A DNA stretch of 45,287 nt from Hyphomicrobiaceae bacterium (GTDB taxonomy: Bacteria; Pseudomonadota; Alphaproteobacteria; Rhizobiales; Hyphomicrobiaceae): positions 1-45,287 of the forward strand of contig JANXYD010000418.1 of the NCBI GenBank assembly GCA_025350265.1, read 5' to 3'. Position 1 is the first letter of the stretch; every line of letters begins with the position of its first letter. Made by a program: the position numbers and the translations under genes. Below are positions 44,140 to 45,287 of this stretch, piece by piece. The notes under the pieces were generated by a model. That model did no database searches. It saw nothing but the letters and a program-made list of their open reading frames with translations, and had not been told where the DNA came from.

Positions 44140-45287
44140 TCAGTTCGTGCCCTCAAGCAACCGGCGTCCGATAACCTGCGCCTGTATTTCGGCCGCGCCC
44201 TCGAAGATGTTGAGGATACGGGCGTCGCACAAAAGGCGGCTGATCGGGTATTCGAGCGCAAAGCCATTGCCGCCGTGGATCTGCAGCGCAGTGTCGGCAT
44301 TGGCCCAGGCGATCCGCGCGCCCAGCAGTTTTGCCATGCCCGCTTCGAGATCGCAGCGGCGGCCCAAATCTTTCTGCCGCGCCGAGAAATAGGTGAGCTG
44401 TCGCGCGATCATCGTCTCGACCGCCATCATCACGATCTTGTTGGCGACGCGTGGGAACGCGTAGATCGCCGAGCCGAACTGCTTGCGCTCCAGCGCATAC
44501 GACAGCGCCAGATCCATGGCCGATTGCGCCACGCCCACGGCGCGCGCCGCCGTCTGGATGCGCGCGCTTTCGAATGTCGCCATCAATTGCTTGAAGCCCT
44601 GTCCCTCGACACCGCCGAGCAATTGCGTAACCGGAACCTCGAAGCCATCGAACGAGATGTCGTATTCCTTCATCCCCCGATAGCCCAGCACTTCGATCTC
44701 GCCGCCACTCATGCCCGCTGCTGGAAAAGGTTCGGCGTCGGTGCCACGCGGCTTCTCCGCCAGCAGCATCGAAAGCCCTTTGTAGCCGGCCTCTTGCGGG
44801 TTGGTGCGCACCAGCAGCGTCATGATGTCGGCCCGCACCGGATGGGTGATCCAGGTTTTTTGGCCGATGATCCTATAGACGTCGCCATGCGTCTCGGCCC
44901 GGGTCTTCAGCGACGCGAGATCGGAGCCGGTGTTCGGCTCGGTGAATACCGCCGTCGGCAACACTTCTCCGGAAGCGAGCTTGGGCAGCCATTTTGCCTT
45001 CTGCTCGGGCGTGCCGCCGCCAAGGATCAGTTCGGCGGCGATTTCCGAACGCGTGCCCAAGGAGCCGACGCCGATATAGCCGCGCGACAATTCCTCCGAC
45101 ACCACGCACATCGATTCCTTGCCGAGCCCCATGCCGCCGAAATTTTCCGGAATGGTGAGGCCGAACACGCCAAGCTCCGACATCTGCGCGATGATCTCGA
45201 GCGGGATATAACTGTTGGTGCGATGCCAGCCTTGCGCGTGGTTGATCACCTCGGTGTCGGAGAAGCGGCGCATTTCCTCGCGGATCG
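44140..45287 (-). CDS. Acyl-CoA dehydrogenase family protein; N-terminus off the right edge of the window
   Basis: ACAD blocks present: ...[13 protein letters not shown], ...GQKTWITH, ...[31 protein letters not shown]. The reading frame stays open upstream of the first in-window Met (...[10 protein letters not shown]), so the true start is probably outside the window. Confidence 0.85.
   Translation of the reverse strand, partial: IREEMRRFSDTEVINHAQGWHRTNSYIPLEIIAQMSELGVFGLTIPENFGGMGLGKESMCVVSEELSRGYIGVGSLGTRSEIAAELILGGGTPEQKAKWLPKLASGEVLPTAVFTEPNTGSDLASLKTRAETHGDVYRIIGQKTWITHPVRADIMTLLVRTNPQEAGYKGLSMLLAEKPRGTDAEPFPAAGMSGGEIEVLGYRGMKEYDISFDGFEVPVTQLLGGVEGQGFKQLMATFESARIQTAARAVGVAQSAMDLALSYALERKQFGSAIYAFPRVANKIVMMAVETMIARQLTYFSARQKDLGRRCDLEAGMAKLLGARIAWANADTALQIHGGNGFALEYPISRLLCDARILNIFEGAAEIQAQVIGRRLLEGTN

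Overview
This is a high-G+C, densely coding alphaproteobacterial chromosomal segment. Gene content suggests Rhizobiales, probably Bradyrhizobiaceae/Nitrobacteraceae-like: ChpT, DUF1134/EipA-like, tandem DUF2865, DUF2842 next to ctaA, and an alpha-r8/MmgR-type sRNA beside an N-formylglutamate amidohydrolase gene. I count about 45 protein genes.

Left to right:
- DUF1134 (partial, missed by the ORF track), cysQ, chpT, arylamine N-acetyltransferase, threonine aldolase, an SDR.
- Two tandem DUF2865 genes, phhB, kdsB, a membrane-anchored cytochrome c.
- A yejA-yejA-yejB-yejE-yejF peptide ABC importer with a translationally coupled 2-hydroxyacid dehydrogenase.
- An orphan soxXYZA operon and two hypothetical envelope proteins.
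- N-formylglutamate amidohydrolase and paaABCDE.
- A six-gene exopolysaccharide cluster: Wzy/O-antigen-ligase-like, priming sugar transferase, GT4, export protein, ExoP-like co-polymerase, deacetylase.
- DUF2842, ctaA, a HAD hydrolase, an AlkA-like glycosylase, DUF1330 and a partial acyl-CoA dehydrogenase.

Reading by eye, I found no rRNA, tRNA, CRISPR array, transposase, integrase or phage genes. The window looks like core genome, and I do not see a clear new multi-gene system.

The leads most worth a second look are:
1. The soxXYZA module, which has a non-canonical SoxY C-terminal arm and no soxB.
2. A probable MmgR/alpha-r8 sRNA with an exact UUUCCUCCCU motif.
3. A roughly 125-nt dispersed element present twice in unusually long AT-rich intergenic regions, one copy abutting a 174-bp unit bounded by 15-bp inverted repeats.
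4. An ExoP-like protein with a degenerate (pseudo)kinase domain.
5. A perfect CtrA box in the EPS cluster.
6. The tandem Cys-rich DUF2865 paralogs.

All functional calls come from motif recognition in the translations. No database search was run.
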